The notes beneath the pieces were generated by a model that searched no databases, had not been told where the DNA came from, and saw only the letters and a list, made by a program, of their open reading frames with translations. A stretch of DNA of 64,000 bases from Mytilus edulis (Eukaryota). Numbering within the stretch: the stretch's first letter is position 1; every line of letters begins with the position of its first letter. The stretch spans positions 44,454,001-44,518,000 of the forward strand of contig NC_092351.1 of NCBI RefSeq assembly GCF_963676685.1, given 5' to 3'. Shown here in pieces: positions 61,056 through 64,000 of this stretch. A program made the position numbers and the translations under genes.

Positions 61056-61199
61056 AGTGCACTTCCTGATGGCAGGGTCATTTCTTGTGAACAACAAAAA
61101 GTTAGATCATGATCATGGAGGAACTGCAGAAACAGCTTCTCTAGAAATACAACTCTCTGAAGACAAATTAAGTTTCTATAAATCTGGTGTTATCATTAG
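61056..61199 (+). CDS. NEIL3: NEIL3 coding exon 3
   Basis: ttttttttacag then (R)VHFLMAGSFLVNNKKLDHDHGGTAETASLEIQLSEDKLSFYKSGVII(R) then GTAAAT. Aligns to RIHFGMKG...LEVQLTKDLICFFDSSVELR; phase 2-2. Confidence 0.92.
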
Positions 61200-62089
61200 G
61201 TAAATTATTAACCCTTGCTTTATTGTTGCAGAGTTACAATTATTTGAGGTAAAATAAGTTCATAAGATTTTAATTTTGCTATGTACAAGCAACAATTATA
61301 GACTCCTTGTAACAAATTTTAATTGAAACCAGGCTTTAGTACTGTATGAATAATGCCTTTCAAAATTGATTTTTTCTAAATATTTGTCTTTTTTCTCCCC
61401 TGATACACAAACTTACTACAAGCAAGAAGAAATATAGCCTTTATGTTATAAATAATGCTAATTGTATGACCCTTCTAGCTGATTTGTTTTTGTTCTCACA
61501 TGAAGCATAAATTATACAAAACAAGACCAGGAGAAAAAGACACTGATCAACCAATATCTTTCAATTACAATGTCAGAAATATTGATCAAAACAATTTGAC
61601 GAAGGAGTATCTCATAAAAACATCTCTAGGATTGTACAGCAATATGAATTGTGCATGGCAACATTTTATATATTTTTACTTGAAATTAATGCTGATTAGA
61701 CAACTAAAAGCAAACATCTACTGCAAACAGGATGACGATAGTTTTCAGATAGTCAACTTCCTTTTCTTGAGAATAAACTTACCCTTTGGCCCTGTTTATA
61801 TCTTTACAGTATTAATGGATGGATTTCCCTGAACAATTTAAGGAATGTCTCTGACCACCCATTTGCTTATTATAACCCCAAAAAAGAAATATTATTTGAA
61901 TTTTAAAAAGGTGTGCATGATCAATTTTGCAGAAACATCATGAACATGATGAATACCCATCCCCTCTTCAGAAAATATTTGAAAAAGAACAAATAAACAT
62001 TGTATATAATTATAAATGTTTTAAAATACATGTATTAAACAAATTTAATCTGAAACTAAATATATACATTTTTTCTAATTTGAATCAAG

Positions 62090-62267
62090 ATCTTCCCAAG
62101 TGTGTCAAGAAAGATATGAAAATTTTCATGACCTTGACATTTGTTCCCCAGTATTCAACCAGAAAAGAGCTGTTGCTATGGTGATGGAACAAACAAACAG
62201 AATGGTCTGTGATGTGTTACTGGATCAAGATATTTTACCTGGAGTTGGAAACATTATTAAAAATGAG
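62090..62267 (+). CDS. NEIL3: NEIL3 coding exon 4 (start of H2TH motif); gene continues beyond the window
   Basis: aag then (R)SSQVCQERYENFHDLDICSPVFNQKRAVAMVMEQTNRMVCDVLLDQDILPGVGNIIKNE then GTAAGA. Confidence 0.95.
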
Positions 62268-62744
62268 GTAAGAACATGAAGAACATATTTGAATTTGCTT
62301 GTGGCATTATAAACAAACTTGGCTTCCTAATTAGCAGAATACAGCTGGCCCCTAAACATAAATGTGTACTTATTCAGTGAAAATGGAAGTCATATTAAAC
62401 TCCAGAACATATAAATGCACTTAAATTAAAAAACACTCATAGCATAACATACCAATAATGAACAAAACACACACAAGTAATGTTTAATTTGTTCCAAAGC
62501 AATGCATAGTAGTTGGTCATGCAATTAGTTATTTGCCATTCAGGTCATGAATGTTACTGTGGTTTCATTATTATTTATGGGATACCAATTTTTGTGGATT
62601 TAGTGGATACCTGGCCTTGGAGTCATAAAACTTTAGAGTCAGTTTTTTGTACTCATTCTCCTAAATCAACCAATCAAAATGCTGGATTTCATGTTTCAAG
62701 CATGATTTTTGTGGTCCCAGCACTGAGAAAATTTATGACTTTAA

Positions 62745-63288
62745 GGGGGTTCGCGGGTCTAATTCATTTATATAGGACTTCTCTATATTTTTCTATAAAT
62801 GAACTTTATCTTATCGTTATTAGAAAAATAAAATAAAAAAATGGGGTCACCGTTCATTTGCGCTCACAATCTGCCTTCGAAAGAAGCATAAAAGTGGTGT
62901 TTTTCTGTTGAATTAATAGGAGAAATAAGGTTAAAATCGAAATAAAAAAAGAAATTTATTACAGAAATCGCTCAAATTTTACAATAATTTAGTTTAAGTA
63001 CAGCATATATCAAAATTATATTAAGAAATATAGGTCACCGATGAGTTAAAAGAGATATTTCAATTTTAAAGCCAAAAAATGGCATTTTTCCACCAAAGGG
63101 AGATAATTTGGAACTTTTTCAATGATGTTTACATTTTTAAAGTCATCTGTGGCCAACACGAATTTATTGTTTTGAATGTTTTTTTGTATCATATGATAAC
63201 GTAACAACTACAAAAGGTAATAAATAAAATTTGTAATGAAAAACAAATGTTTAATTTTTTTCTGAAATTTTTATACCCTCGAGCCTCC
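62745..63288. mobile_element. Kolobok-like non-autonomous element, TTAA TSD, nested in a TA-MITE
   Basis: ttaa-GGGGGTTCGCGGGTCTAA...TTATACCCTCGAGCCTCC-ttaa: imperfect TIR with purine start. Confidence 0.75.
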
Positions 63289-63830
63289 TTAAGGCATGGA
63301 AACCACAAATTCAAATGCCTAAAGGATTACAAATTTTGTATAGGAATTTAAGCAGACTTTTGAAAAATCACAAAATGAGATATTGTCCAAAACGTAGGTT
63401 TTCCTCAATACATGAAAATTGGTAACCTCGTTAAAAAAATAATCCACAGTATGCTTAAAATTTAGAGAAATTAAAGAAACTTTGTATAGTAATTGCTAGA
63501 TTTTAGTGAAAGAACAAACAATTTTGATGTTGAACTTTGTAAAATTCTGTCCCCTTATCTAAAATTATTAAAGTGCTATGAACCAAATTGATAACTTGAT
63601 GTTTCAATGCATGAACATTTCATTGGGTTAAATTGCTTCTTGACATCATTATTATTGATATGTCTAATTTTTGCAATAAATTATAATTTCTTCATACATT
63701 TCATGTGAATTTGAATTTAAGCAAAAAAAAAACTTTCATAGGAGAATTTGTTCTGACATCATATAAAGTATTAGATGTCTAAAAGTGATATTAACACAAA
63801 TTGATAATTATAACAAAGAAATATTCAATG

Positions 63831-64000
63831 TTTTTATGCCCCACCTACAATGTATGATAGTAGAGGGGCATAATGTTTTCTGGTCTGTTCGTCTGTCAGT
63901 CTGTCCATCCGTCCATCTGTCCTTCCATCCGTTCGTCCCGCTTCAGATTAAGGTTTTTAATTAACTTGAAACTCAGTAAACATGTGCCCTATGATATAAT
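63831..64000. mobile_element. End of another HINE-like element, cut by the window edge
   Basis: T-run, hairpin tatgcccc...ggggcata, then a gtcc/gtct microsatellite. Confidence 0.65.

Noticed and set aside
61500-62836. ORFs of 110, 85 and 107 aa within NEIL3
   Set aside because: Intronic, off-frame over exon 4, or spanning MITE junctions; not protein-like.

Overview
AT-rich, repeat-dense, intron-containing animal DNA. The repeat landscape suggests a bivalve mollusc, probably a mytilid mussel (inference, no search run). Genes: (i) a tandem cluster of three minus-strand UDP-glycosyltransferase (UGT) genes, each with a single coding exon. Two are intact (21144-22688, 38770-40317). The third is a pseudogene (48368-50086) with a MITE insertion, two frameshifts and substitutions at both catalytic-dyad positions. 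(ii) The first four coding exons of NEIL3 on the plus strand (53251-62267, continuing past the window), head-to-head with the UGT cluster. (iii) A decayed NEIL3 zinc-finger exon at 165-302, implying a second NEIL3 copy. The most notable hidden structure is an 8-kb nested transposon (26809-34835) splitting the putative first exon/promoter of UGT copy 1. It is a Zisupton-like element (8-bp TSD, zinc-finger first exon) whose left inverted repeat contains a 6.2-kb Mutator-like element (9-bp TSD) carrying three in-frame exons of a CaRF-like zinc-finger domain. Also present: a 73-bp antisense copy of UGT1 coding sequence in its own upstream intron, several minimal hammerhead ribozymes, Penelope-like RT relics, SINEs, Helentron-like satellite-carrying elements and many MITEs. 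All alignments and translations were done by eye; family names rest on recalled motifs. UGT1/2/3 are my labels for the three copies.
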